From NCBI GenBank assembly GCA_020161265.1, contig JAIUOC010000003.1, positions 43,024-107,023 of the forward strand: a DNA stretch of 64,000 nucleotides. The letters are read 5' to 3'. The notes beneath the pieces were generated by a model that searched no databases, was not told where the DNA came from, and saw only the letters and a program-made list of their open reading frames with translations. Source of the DNA: Chloroflexota bacterium (GTDB lineage Bacteria > Chloroflexota > Chloroflexia > Chloroflexales > Herpetosiphonaceae). This document shows, piece by piece, positions 39,384 through 47,919 of this stretch. Numbering within the stretch: position 1 is the stretch's first letter; each line of letters starts with the position of its first letter. A program made the position numbers and the translations under genes.

Positions 39384-40610
39384 ATGCCTAAATCACGCTG
39401 GTTAAGTGCCGCCATGGTCTGCTTGCTAGCAGTTAATCTTTTGGCGGCGTGTGGTGGCGATAGTGCGCCCACTACCCAACCAACCAATCCTGACGCAGCG
39501 ACGGCTACCCCCGAAACTGCTGCCCCAACCACTGATAGCAATCCACCAGTAACGACGGGCAACCCTTTACAATTGCCCTATTTGCAATATGGGGCAGCGG
39601 CGCAACTGTACTATACTGATCGTAATCGCGCCTTGACCTTGATGAACAACGCTGGGTTCGATTGGGTGCGCCAACAGATTCAATGGAAAGATATTGAAGG
39701 CCCAAAAGGCAATTTTGGCTGGGGCGAGCTTGATGCAATTGTGGCTGATGCCAACGCCAAAAATATCAAGGTATTGTTGAGCATTGTGCGTTCGCCATCG
39801 TGGGCACGCGCCGATGGCACCAACGGCATGCCCGATAACATCAAAGATTTTGGCGATTTCGTCGAAGCCTTGGTGGTGCGCTACAAAGGCAAGGTCCAAG
39901 CCTACGAAATTTGGAACGAGCAAAATCTTGATCATGAAAATGGCGGCTCGCGTGAGTCGATCGACGCTACCAAATATGTTGATCTGTTAGTTGAAGCCTA
40001 CAATCGGATCAAACCAATCGATCCTGAGGCCTTTGTGATTTCAGGCGCATTGACTTCAACTGGCGATTCACCAGCGGCGATCGATGATCTGACCTACTTT
40101 GAACAAATGTTTAGCTACAAAGATGGCATTTTCAAAGATCACATCGATGGTGTGGGTTTCCATCCTTCGCCATCGTACAATCCGCCAGCGACCTTATGGC
40201 CCGACCAGCCCGGCCCAGGCCCAGGTTGGCTCGAAAGCCCAACCCACTACTTCCGCCATATCGAAAACCTCAAAATCTTGATGGATAAATATGGCATGCA
40301 AGATTATCAAGTGTGGGTGACCGAGTTTGGCTGGGCGACCCAAAACACCAGCCCAGGCTATGAGTATGGCAACGAAATTAGCTTTGAACAACAAGGCCAA
40401 TATGTGCTCGATGCGTTGCAAATAACCCGCCGCGATTACCCTTGGGTGGCCACCATGTTTGTGTGGAACCTCAATTTTGCGGTAACCTCGCCTGATCCGC
40501 TTGATCAAACTGCCTCATTTGGCATTCTCAACCCCGATTGGAGTCCCCGGCCAGTCTTTGAAAAAATTCAAGGCTTTATTAACGCCGTTAAGACCGAAGA
40601 AGGTCGCTAA
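39384..40610 (+). CDS. lipoprotein clan GH-A glycoside hydrolase, paralogue of the upstream gene
   Basis: Lipobox LAAC-GG, Pro/Thr linker, the same YEIWNEQN and WVTEFGW motifs. GAGGAG RBS. Confidence 0.7.
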   Translation: MPKSRWLSAAMVCLLAVNLLAACGGDSAPTTQPTNPDAATATPETAAPTTDSNPPVTTGNPLQLPYLQYGAAAQLYYTDRNRALTLMNNAGFDWVRQQIQWKDIEGPKGNFGWGELDAIVADANAKNIKVLLSIVRSPSWARADGTNGMPDNIKDFGDFVEALVVRYKGKVQAYEIWNEQNLDHENGGSRESIDATKYVDLLVEAYNRIKPIDPEAFVISGALTSTGDSPAAIDDLTYFEQMFSYKDGIFKDHIDGVGFHPSPSYNPPATLWPDQPGPGPGWLESPTHYFRHIENLKILMDKYGMQDYQVWVTEFGWATQNTSPGYEYGNEISFEQQGQYVLDALQITRRDYPWVATMFVWNLNFAVTSPDPLDQTASFGILNPDWSPRPVFEKIQGFINAVKTEEGR

Positions 40611-40680
40611 ATCAATGATTCGGCATAGAGCAGCAGCTTTATGCCGAACTGCACTCCTCATGCCACAGCCGTCAAGACTC

Positions 40681-40689
40681 TGGTATACT
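40681..40689 (+). promoter_or_regulatory. extended -10 promoter element TGGTATACT ahead of the NuoB-like operon
   Basis: TGnTATAcT about 20 nt upstream of ATG 40710. Preceded by a 9-bp hairpin (ttcggcata...tatgccgaa at 40618-40648) that would terminate the hydrolase gene. Confidence 0.4.
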
Positions 40690-40709
40690 AGCACGCGGTT
40701 TCATACACA

Positions 40710-41096
40710 ATGGAGGTCAGCGTGATTGCGGTTTATCACCTAAATGCTGGCTCAACTGGCATCGAAGTTCGGATTTTGGCTGAGGCTATTCGTAGCGCCC
40801 GCAACCTGACATGGGCCGCAACTCCGGCTCATGCTGATATTTTTGTGCTGACTGGGCCAATTCCGCTGCTGTTACGCCCAGCTTTGAGCAATGTTTGGCG
40901 CGATTTTATTGCTGACCGTGCGCCATTAATTGCCTTGGGTCGCGCCAGCATCGATGGGCATCCATTTGGGCGCGGTGGCTTGGCCGAGCTACCAGAAATT
41001 CAAGTAGCCGCCAAAATCGATGGCGATCCGCCAACGGTTGCGGCAATTCAGGCCGGCATTGTCCAAGCCCTCAATGCCCGTACCGCCAAACACTAA
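40710..41096 (+). CDS. NuoB / hydrogenase-small-subunit-like protein (Oxidored_q6 fold) lacking Fe-S cysteine ligands
   Basis: HADIFVLTGPIP...LIALGRASIDGHPFG aligns with NuoB ADVMIVAGT...VISMGSCANSGG, with all Cys replaced. Alternative GTG start at 40722 with GGAGG RBS. Confidence 0.55.
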   Translation: MEVSVIAVYHLNAGSTGIEVRILAEAIRSARNLTWAATPAHADIFVLTGPIPLLLRPALSNVWRDFIADRAPLIALGRASIDGHPFGRGGLAELPEIQVAAKIDGDPPTVAAIQAGIVQALNARTAKH

Positions 41097-41105
41097 AGGT
41101 CGTTT

Positions 41106-41951
41106 ATGAATACATTGCTTCAACAATTGATTGCTGCGTTGCTCTATCCGGGTATGCTCACCACAATGTTGTTAACCCTCGCCGTGATTGGCATTACCAA
41201 GTTGCATGCGCCTGGGGGTGGCTTAAGCCGTGGTTTTTTAGCAGCCTTGCAGGGCAAAACTTCGCTCAATCTAGCGCTAGCAGCACTTTTGGCGCTCATT
41301 GCCCCAGCATTTTTGCCATGGGCTGGCTCGCCGCTGGTAACACCCCGCTTGGGCCAATTATGGTTGGCTTGGGCCTTGCTCGAAACCTCGTTTATGCTAG
41401 CGCTCATGCCTGGTTTACAAAGTTTGGCCGCTGCGAGCGTGCGAGCCGCCATGCGCGAGGCCCAACTCAGTAGCGCAGGTCGAATTGTGCTCTGGCTAGC
41501 ACTGGGAGTAGCACTTTGGACAGGCGATAATTGGCAGTGGAACATTGTGCCAGCCCGGGTTTTGGCATTAATCGCAGCGGCAATGGCCTTGCCTGTGGCG
41601 CTTGGTTGGGGTCCATTTGCCCACGATTGGAGCCTTACTCCAGGCGGCCCCGAAGCCGAACTTAACCGTGCTAGTGCTGAGCTAGCCCAATGGGGTCGCG
41701 CAATTCGGGCAACAGTTTTGTTAACCTTGATTCCACTCTTGGGTTTTCCAATCACGGCAGGCTTGCATTGGTCGCTGCATGTGGCCTTGACCATCGCGAC
41801 GACCTTGGCCTTGGCGGGAGTTGGCCGTTATATTAATGGTTCAACGGTGCGCCAACCCTTGAATGAGAGCTTGCGTTGGTGTTACACCCGCGCCTTGCCT
41901 TTAGCCTTGCTGAGCGGAATTGTCTTGGTTGCGATGCAGCGCTGGTTGTAG
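41106..41951 (+). CDS. polytopic membrane protein, weakly NuoH/HycD-like
   Basis: About 8 TM helices. The first loop APGGGLSRGFLAALQ resembles the NuoH GPNxxGPxGLLQ motif. Confidence 0.45.
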   Translation: MNTLLQQLIAALLYPGMLTTMLLTLAVIGITKLHAPGGGLSRGFLAALQGKTSLNLALAALLALIAPAFLPWAGSPLVTPRLGQLWLAWALLETSFMLALMPGLQSLAAASVRAAMREAQLSSAGRIVLWLALGVALWTGDNWQWNIVPARVLALIAAAMALPVALGWGPFAHDWSLTPGGPEAELNRASAELAQWGRAIRATVLLTLIPLLGFPITAGLHWSLHVALTIATTLALAGVGRYINGSTVRQPLNESLRWCYTRALPLALLSGIVLVAMQRWL

Positions 41952-41961
41952 GAGAGAAGCG

Positions 41962-42933
41962 ATGACTGCCTTATTGCTTGAGAAAATCGTCAAACGTTTT
42001 GATACGACAACCATTTTGCGCCAACTCAATTTGCTGGTGCAAGAAGGTCAGGTTTATGGGTTGCTGGGAGCCAATGGCGCGGGCAAATCAACCTTAATTC
42101 ACTTGATTATGGGGTTTTTATATCCCGATAGTGGTCGAATTGAGGTTTTTGGTAAAACGCCCACCGCCATGCACGGCCAAATTGGCTACTTGCCCGAACG
42201 CCTACGCTACCACACCCACTGTAGCGCCCGCGAATACCTGACCTATATGGGCAATTTTGGTGGCATGCGCGGAGCCGGCCTCACCAGCCGCATCAACGAT
42301 TTGCTCGAATTGGTTGGCCTAACCGAAGCTGCCGATAAACGCATGCGCAATTACTCCAAGGGCATGACTCAGCGCGTTGGAATCGCCCAAGCCTTGCTGA
42401 GCGACCCGCAACTGTTGCTGATCGATGAGCCATCATCAGGCCTCGATCCTCAGGGCCAACTTGAAATGCGCGATCTCCTGCTGGATTTACGCAGCCAAGG
42501 CCATACCATTTTGATCTGCTCACATCAGCTTGATGAGATTGAGGCGGTTTGTAATCGGGTGGGCATTTTGGTGCATGGTGCAATTGCCGCCGAAACCGAT
42601 TTAGCTCAACTTACTGGCACAAATGGCGTGGTGATCACGCTTAAAGAAACTCCAACCGATGCGCTGGATTTTGCCCTGCGTTCGATCGACCCAAGCATTG
42701 TACGTGATGATCGCTTTATCACTGTGCCCGAAAATAGCCCAAGCTTGCAAGGGCGCTTATTGCAATTATTGCTTGACGAAGGTTATACCGTGGCTTCGCT
42801 CCAACCAAGCCTTGGCAATCTGCGCGATCTCTATTTGCACGTTGTATCGGGCAAAGAACCACCAGCTGAAATGCAGCCCCAAGCACCGCTGGCCATTCTA
42901 GATAGTTTGTTAGCTGGCGAGGAGCAGCAATAA
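41962..42933 (+). CDS. ABC transporter ATP-binding protein
   Basis: Walker A GANGAGKST, signature YSKGMTQR, Walker B LLLIDEP, H-loop. Extra C-terminal domain. Start at MTALLLEK with GGAGAG RBS. Confidence 0.85.
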   Translation: MTALLLEKIVKRFDTTTILRQLNLLVQEGQVYGLLGANGAGKSTLIHLIMGFLYPDSGRIEVFGKTPTAMHGQIGYLPERLRYHTHCSAREYLTYMGNFGGMRGAGLTSRINDLLELVGLTEAADKRMRNYSKGMTQRVGIAQALLSDPQLLLIDEPSSGLDPQGQLEMRDLLLDLRSQGHTILICSHQLDEIEAVCNRVGILVHGAIAAETDLAQLTGTNGVVITLKETPTDALDFALRSIDPSIVRDDRFITVPENSPSLQGRLLQLLLDEGYTVASLQPSLGNLRDLYLHVVSGKEPPAEMQPQAPLAILDSLLAGEEQQ

Positions 42934-43712
42934 TGGCAAAACTTCGACAAATTTGGGCTTGGACACGCTTCATCTGGAGCGAATACCAACGCACTGGGCG
43001 TTTTTTGGTTGAGCTAGGGGCATTAATTATTTTTGCCTATGTCTTTCTGCGCAAACCCAATGTTGATGCTCATCTTACAGCTACCCAGTTCTTTGGCATG
43101 ACCGCAATTTTTGTGCTCTGTCAGACAATTTTCACCACCACGATGATGGCAGGCCTTGGTAATCGGCCGCAAGGCTATGTGGTTTTGGCGCGCTCATTGG
43201 GCCGCAAAGGCTATTTAGTTGGCCTCTTTTTAGTCGCCTTTTTAATTAGCTTGGTCAATTTAATCCTTTGTACCATCATCGTCACCATCATCAACAAGCC
43301 TGTATTGTGGGATGCAGTGATTTGGGGTGCGGGAGCCTTGCCGCTGATTTTAGATATTGCTTTGATAACCGCCTTGGTACTTCTACTTTCAAGTTTGGTG
43401 CTTTCACAAGGCTGGCGCTTGAGCATTTTGGCGGTCATTGCCTTGGCTTCGTTGAGCACCAGCGATATTTTCACCAACACCTTTGATCCGAATGGGAGCT
43501 TGGGCAAAATTTTGGCAGCAATTCGCACGATTGTTGGCATTCCACTAACGCCATTGTTTGCAGGCTTTGAGCTAGCAGTCACGCGCCAAGCCTATGAGAG
43601 CAATTTGAATCAAGCCTTGGCAATTTTGGGTGGTCAGGCTGCGCTATTAATCGCGGTCAGTGCGTTTGGTTTTTTTGCTTTTGAACGGCGCGATATTATT
43701 CTAGGAGCCTAA
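42933..43712 (+). CDS. ABC-2 type transporter permease
   Basis: 6 TM helices. Start overlaps the ATPase stop (ATAATGG). Confidence 0.65.
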   Translation: MAKLRQIWAWTRFIWSEYQRTGRFLVELGALIIFAYVFLRKPNVDAHLTATQFFGMTAIFVLCQTIFTTTMMAGLGNRPQGYVVLARSLGRKGYLVGLFLVAFLISLVNLILCTIIVTIINKPVLWDAVIWGAGALPLILDIALITALVLLLSSLVLSQGWRLSILAVIALASLSTSDIFTNTFDPNGSLGKILAAIRTIVGIPLTPLFAGFELAVTRQAYESNLNQALAILGGQAALLIAVSAFGFFAFERRDIILGA

Positions 43713-43713
43713 G

Positions 43714-44919
43714 GTGCAAGCTGATGTGTTGGTCATTGGCGCAGGCCTTGCTGGCTTGTGGAGCGCAATCATCCATGCGCAAGCAGGTCGCAAGGTTACT
43801 CTATTGGCCAAAGGCCAAGGAACATTGCCCTGGAGTAGTGGTTGCCTTGATCTCGTGCCGCAACACCCAACCAACTCAGATCATCCCTACCCCATGCTCC
43901 AAGCCGTGCTTGAACCAGCTACCCAAGCTTGGCTTAAATTCACTCAAGCGCAGGATTATCGCTTTGTTGCCAATTTAAAGCAGCATTATTGGCTGCCAAC
44001 CGCAATTGGTACATGGCGGCCAACCAACGCTGTACCATTAACCATGCTCAACGCTGAACGCTCGATTATTAGCAATTATCGGGTGTTGGTGCTGGGCTTC
44101 CGCGAATTACGCGATTTCTTTCCGCCCTTGTTGGCTGCACGCCTGCAACAACACGGCATTGCTGCCCGTGGCAGTTACTTAACCATGCCAACCAGCCAGC
44201 GCTCCCGTGATTTCAATAGCGTTAATTTGGCCCGTTTATGCGAACAAGTCAGTTTTCGCCAAGCTCTGATCAAGCATATCGATCAGATTCGTGGTGATGC
44301 CCAATTGCTGCTGTTTCCCGCCATGCTTGGCATCAGCCACAGCACTAGCATCATCAACGAGTTGCAAACCGCCTTAGGATGTTTAGTAGCTGAAGTGCCA
44401 ACCCTGCCGACCAATGTAGCCGGATTACGTTTGCAACGCATGTTGCTAGACCAATTTGAGCAATTGAACGGGCGAATACAACTGAATGCCGAGGTTATTC
44501 GCGGCGAATTTGTTGATCAACGCTTGGTGGCGGTGTATAGTGCGGCGGCGGCTCGCGAACAGCGCCACACTGCTGGGCACTATATTTTGGCAACTGGCGG
44601 GATTGGCGGCGGTGGTTTACGTGCCGATTATCCCAATGGTTTACGCGAAACAGCGCTGAATTTGCCAGTTCAGCAGCCAACCGAGCGTGATCAATGGTTC
44701 GCGGCCAATGTACATGCCCAACATCAACTCTTCAAAGCGGGGATTGCAGTCAATCAACATCTTCAGCCAATTGATGCCCAACAGCAGCCAATCGCCGAAA
44801 ATCTGCAAGTAGTTGGGGCCGCCTTAGCTGGATGTGACCCAATTCGTGAACGCTGGGTTGAGGGTTTAGCCCTTGCCAGTGCCAGCCATGCCTTTGAGAG
44901 TCGAGGGTTCAGGGGCTAG
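43714..44919 (+). CDS. GlpB-like FAD-binding protein (anaerobic glycerol-3-phosphate dehydrogenase subunit B family)
   Basis: N-terminus DVLVIGAGLAGLWSA...LAKGQGTLPWSSGCLDLV and internal PTLPTNVAGLRLQ align with GlpB. GTG start with AGGAG RBS. No glpA/glpC nearby. Confidence 0.65.
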   Translation: MQADVLVIGAGLAGLWSAIIHAQAGRKVTLLAKGQGTLPWSSGCLDLVPQHPTNSDHPYPMLQAVLEPATQAWLKFTQAQDYRFVANLKQHYWLPTAIGTWRPTNAVPLTMLNAERSIISNYRVLVLGFRELRDFFPPLLAARLQQHGIAARGSYLTMPTSQRSRDFNSVNLARLCEQVSFRQALIKHIDQIRGDAQLLLFPAMLGISHSTSIINELQTALGCLVAEVPTLPTNVAGLRLQRMLLDQFEQLNGRIQLNAEVIRGEFVDQRLVAVYSAAAAREQRHTAGHYILATGGIGGGGLRADYPNGLRETALNLPVQQPTERDQWFAANVHAQHQLFKAGIAVNQHLQPIDAQQQPIAENLQVVGAALAGCDPIRERWVEGLALASASHAFESRGFRG

Positions 44920-45097
44920 AGGTCAGGGATCAGTTTGGATTACGAAGATAGGTATTGGCTGAAGGCTATTGGCTTTTGCTATTCCAATCAATCTCCGATA
45001 GCCCATAGCCTATAGTCATACACTGCTCTGCGTCGCTGGGTTAACCCTAGCCCCTGAACCCTGACCCCTATGTTCTATGCTCTATGTTCTATGTTTT
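44903..45097. repeat. word repeat with inverted arms (ggttcaggggctagaggtcagggatcag ... ccctagcccctgaaccctgacccc; catagcc words; atgttctatgctctatg)
   Basis: Begins inside the last codons of the GlpB-like gene. Long inverted repeat between convergent genes. Confidence 0.7.
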
Positions 45098-45616
45098 TTA
45101 CCGAACCGTCATAACTTCAACATCGAACACCAAATCGGCGTTAGCTGGAATCGTCCCCTGACCTTGCGCTCCATAACCCAAGGCGGAAGGGATGATCAAG
45201 CGGCGCTTGCCACCTTGCTTGATGCCAACTAAGCCTTCGTTCCAGCCATCAATCACCATGGCTGCACCGACATTTTCGACCGGATATGGCTGACCACCAA
45301 CATTCGAATCGAATTGTGAGCCATCGGATTTAAGGTAGCCAGTGTAAAAAACCTCAGCGGTTGAGCCAGCAGTTACTTCAGGGCCACTACCGACCACAAT
45401 ATCCACATAGCGCAAGCCGCTGGCAGTTTGCTTAACTTCTAAACCATTGGGCAGTGCTGGAATAACTGCCGAAACATCTGAAATGTCTAGGCCAGTGGTT
45501 GCTGAGGTTGGAACAGCAGTCGGGTTTTCAGGGCGAGCAATCTCACCACAGCCAATCAAACTTGCTGCAACCAACATCGAAAAAAGAATACGCTTCACAG
45601 AAAGCCCTTTCATCAC
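45098..45616 (-). CDS. FKBP-type peptidyl-prolyl cis-trans isomerase lipoprotein
   Basis: Lipobox LIGC-G. FKBP core (AEVFYTGYLKSDGSQFDS...DLVFDVEV). Confidence 0.85.
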   Translation of the reverse strand: MMKGLSVKRILFSMLVAASLIGCGEIARPENPTAVPTSATTGLDISDVSAVIPALPNGLEVKQTASGLRYVDIVVGSGPEVTAGSTAEVFYTGYLKSDGSQFDSNVGGQPYPVENVGAAMVIDGWNEGLVGIKQGGKRRLIIPSALGYGAQGQGTIPANADLVFDVEVMTVR

Positions 45617-45770
45617 AAATTGAAACCAAACGCCGCTATTATACCTTGCTTCACAGATTCATCAGCTTTACATCATTCTCAAAGTGTGGGCAATCTTCTA
45701 GGATAGGGCGTGGAACAATCTGTGCATGGTTGACGTTATATTGATACGCAAACACAAAGGGGGTTCCCAA

Positions 45771-45863
45771 TGGAACGATTGTCAGACAAAATTTCAGCCG
45801 CATTATTCGTCGTTATGCTTCTGTCGATACCCTTTTTATATGCAATTGTCAGCGGCAGTTAAA
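45771..45863 (+). CDS. 30-aa hydrophobic small ORF (MERLSDKISAALFVVMLLSIPFLYAIVSGS)
   Basis: Not in the track (too short). GGGGG Shine-Dalgarno 7 nt upstream of ATG. A single TM-like helix. Sits upstream of the MoxR cluster. Confidence 0.4.
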
Positions 45864-45932
45864 TTCACTGTCGCCAAATATTAATCTCGCTCAGCACATG
45901 AGTCGTGTATAATGCGGCGAAGGAGATTAGGT

Positions 45933-47621
45933 ATGGCACAACCAACTGAGATTGTTCACCTGCTACGCCCCTTCGGGCGGCGCTTACGCCTTGCCGATAC
46001 ATTGCAATGGCTGAGTCGTACATTTTGGCTTCCGGCACTTGGCTTTGCCTTAATCCAAGGTGCTGGTCGGCTCTTCCCAATTCCTAACTGGACATTATGG
46101 TCGTTAGTGCCCTTCGCGGTTTGGCTGGTTGCCTTACTGGTTGTAGCGCTGCGCCCACAATCGAGCAATCGCATCGCCCAACGTAGCGATCTCGAACTCG
46201 ATTTGCGCGAACGACTCTCGACTGCCCTCGAATTGCACAAACGCGATGATCGCGGGCCACTCGACGATGTTCAATATAATGATGCCCTTGATAAAGCCCG
46301 TACTGCTAATGCTAAGGATATTCGGGTTGCCCCACCACGCAAACATCGTTTATGGTGGGGGTTGGCAGCCTTGTTCTTAATGCTGGGCCTTACCTCGGCT
46401 GTCTTGCCAAACATCCAAAGCAATGTCTTGGCTGAACGCGAGGCGGTCAAAACCGATCTCGAACGGATCGCCGACCGCATCGACCAAACCCGTGAAGAAA
46501 TTGCCAAAGACGAAACGCTTTCGCCTGAAGAACGCGCCGAATTGGATCGCCAATTGGCTGAATTATCCAAAGATTTGCGCGAAAATACTGGCTCACGCGA
46601 AGATGCTTTGGCGAAAATCTCGCGCACCGAACAACAATTGCAAAAGCGCTTGGATTCACGTGCTAGCGCTCGTCAGGCTTCGTTGCAAGAATTGGCCCAA
46701 GCCTTGAAAAACCAGCGTGGAGCCAGCCAAGAGCAACGCCCTGAAGCCAGCGATGCTGCCCAAGAGTTGGAACAAGCAGCGAAAGATGCTGAAAAGATGA
46801 CTCCTGAGCAGCGTGAGCAATTGGCGAATGCGCTTGAACAACAAGCCAACCAAACTGCGGCAACGAATCCTGAATTGGCTCAATCGTTGCGCGATGCTGC
46901 CAGCGCTTTACGCAACGGCAACCTTGCCGATGCTCGCTCAGCGTTGCAACGTGCCAGCAACCAAGCCAGCCAAAGCGCTGAGCAATTGCAAGATCAACAA
47001 GGCGTTGAACAGGCTTTGAGCGAAGTGCAAAATAGCCGTGACCAAGCGGCCCAAGCTGGCCAGCAAGGCCAACAAAATCAACAAGCGGGTCAGCAAGGCC
47101 AGCAAGGCCAGCAGGGTCAGCAAGGCCAGCAGGGTCAGCAAGGCCAGCAGGGTCAACAGGGCCAGCAAGGTCAAGGCCAAGGTCAAGGCCAAGGTCAAGG
47201 CCAGGGTCAGGGCCAAGGCCAAGGTCAAGGCCAAGGTCAGGGCAATGGTCAGGGTCAGGGTGGCGGCAGCCAATCCAACAATCTTGGCTCAGGCAACAGC
47301 AATGGCAGTGGCAATGGCACAGGCCGCAATGATCGCGACTTCCCTGGCACTGGCAACGATAAAGGCCTTGTCTACCAACCATGGAAACCAGGCGCTGCCA
47401 ATGATCCAAGTAGTGTAAGCGGCCAGCCCAATGGCAGCGGTAACGCGCCCAGCCAACCGAGCGGTAGTACTGGCCCAGGCATCGCCAATGGTTCGCAAGT
47501 GCCCTATAATCAAGCTGGCTCGGACTACCAAGAATCGGCAGGGCGGGCGGTGGATAGCGGATACATCCCACCACAATTGAAAAACTTTATCCGCGACTAC
47601 TTTAACCAATTGGAACAGTAA
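45933..47621 (+). CDS. membrane protein with coiled-coil region and Gln/Gly-rich low-complexity tract (DUF4175-like, first gene of MoxR/VWA cluster)
   Basis: Two N-terminal TM helices, a long charged helical region, (QGQQ)n then (GQ)n repeats. Start MAQPTE with AAGGAG RBS and a TGTATAAT -10 upstream. Confidence 0.65.
   Translation: MAQPTEIVHLLRPFGRRLRLADTLQWLSRTFWLPALGFALIQGAGRLFPIPNWTLWSLVPFAVWLVALLVVALRPQSSNRIAQRSDLELDLRERLSTALELHKRDDRGPLDDVQYNDALDKARTANAKDIRVAPPRKHRLWWGLAALFLMLGLTSAVLPNIQSNVLAEREAVKTDLERIADRIDQTREEIAKDETLSPEERAELDRQLAELSKDLRENTGSREDALAKISRTEQQLQKRLDSRASARQASLQELAQALKNQRGASQEQRPEASDAAQELEQAAKDAEKMTPEQREQLANALEQQANQTAATNPELAQSLRDAASALRNGNLADARSALQRASNQASQSAEQLQDQQGVEQALSEVQNSRDQAAQAGQQGQQNQQAGQQGQQGQQGQQGQQGQQGQQGQQGQQGQGQGQGQGQGQGQGQGQGQGQGQGNGQGQGGGSQSNNLGSGNSNGSGNGTGRNDRDFPGTGNDKGLVYQPWKPGAANDPSSVSGQPNGSGNAPSQPSGSTGPGIANGSQVPYNQAGSDYQESAGRAVDSGYIPPQLKNFIRDYFNQLEQ
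47040..47265 (+). repeat. in-frame low-complexity DNA repeats (cagcaaggccagcagggt)n and (caaggccaaggt)n
   Basis: Directly visible tandem 18-nt and 12-nt units encoding QQGQQG and QGQG runs. Confidence 0.85.
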
Positions 47622-47630
47622 GAGGATTCT

Positions 47631-47825
47631 ATGTTTCTAGCCCTTGAGTTAGTGTTTCTTAGCCTCCTCGCAGGCGGTATGTGGACACTGTTGGTCGCAA
47701 CGCGACGCTTCAACATCAGCCAACGTGCAATGACGATTTCGTTTGCTGTTACTGCGCTCGGCTGGATGGGCTTTTTGCTCACCACAATTGCTCTGCTCGT
47801 TTATGCCACGACACAACTCACGTAG
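47631..47825 (+). CDS. small two-TM membrane protein, 64 aa
   Basis: AAGAGGA RBS 5 nt upstream. Two hydrophobic helices. Located between the Q-rich gene and moxR. Confidence 0.45.
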   Translation: MFLALELVFLSLLAGGMWTLLVATRRFNISQRAMTISFAVTALGWMGFLLTTIALLVYATTQLT

Positions 47826-47919
47826 CGAAGAGCAAGAGTTTTAGGTTCAAGGCTATAGGTTCTTGCTTGAATCAGGTATGATTCAGAGACCTATAGCCTT
47901 TTGTTGATAAGGAGTTTGG

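Noticed and set aside
41144-41794. 216-aa minus-strand ORF
   Set aside because: Antisense to the NuoH-like membrane protein gene. Ala/Ser/Pro-rich with no structure.
46663-47574. 303-aa minus-strand ORF (plus the 46938-47273 and 47038-47418 ORFs)
   Set aside because: Antisense or off-frame readings of the QGQ low-complexity repeats of the plus-strand gene. The repeat periodicity creates long open frames in all frames.
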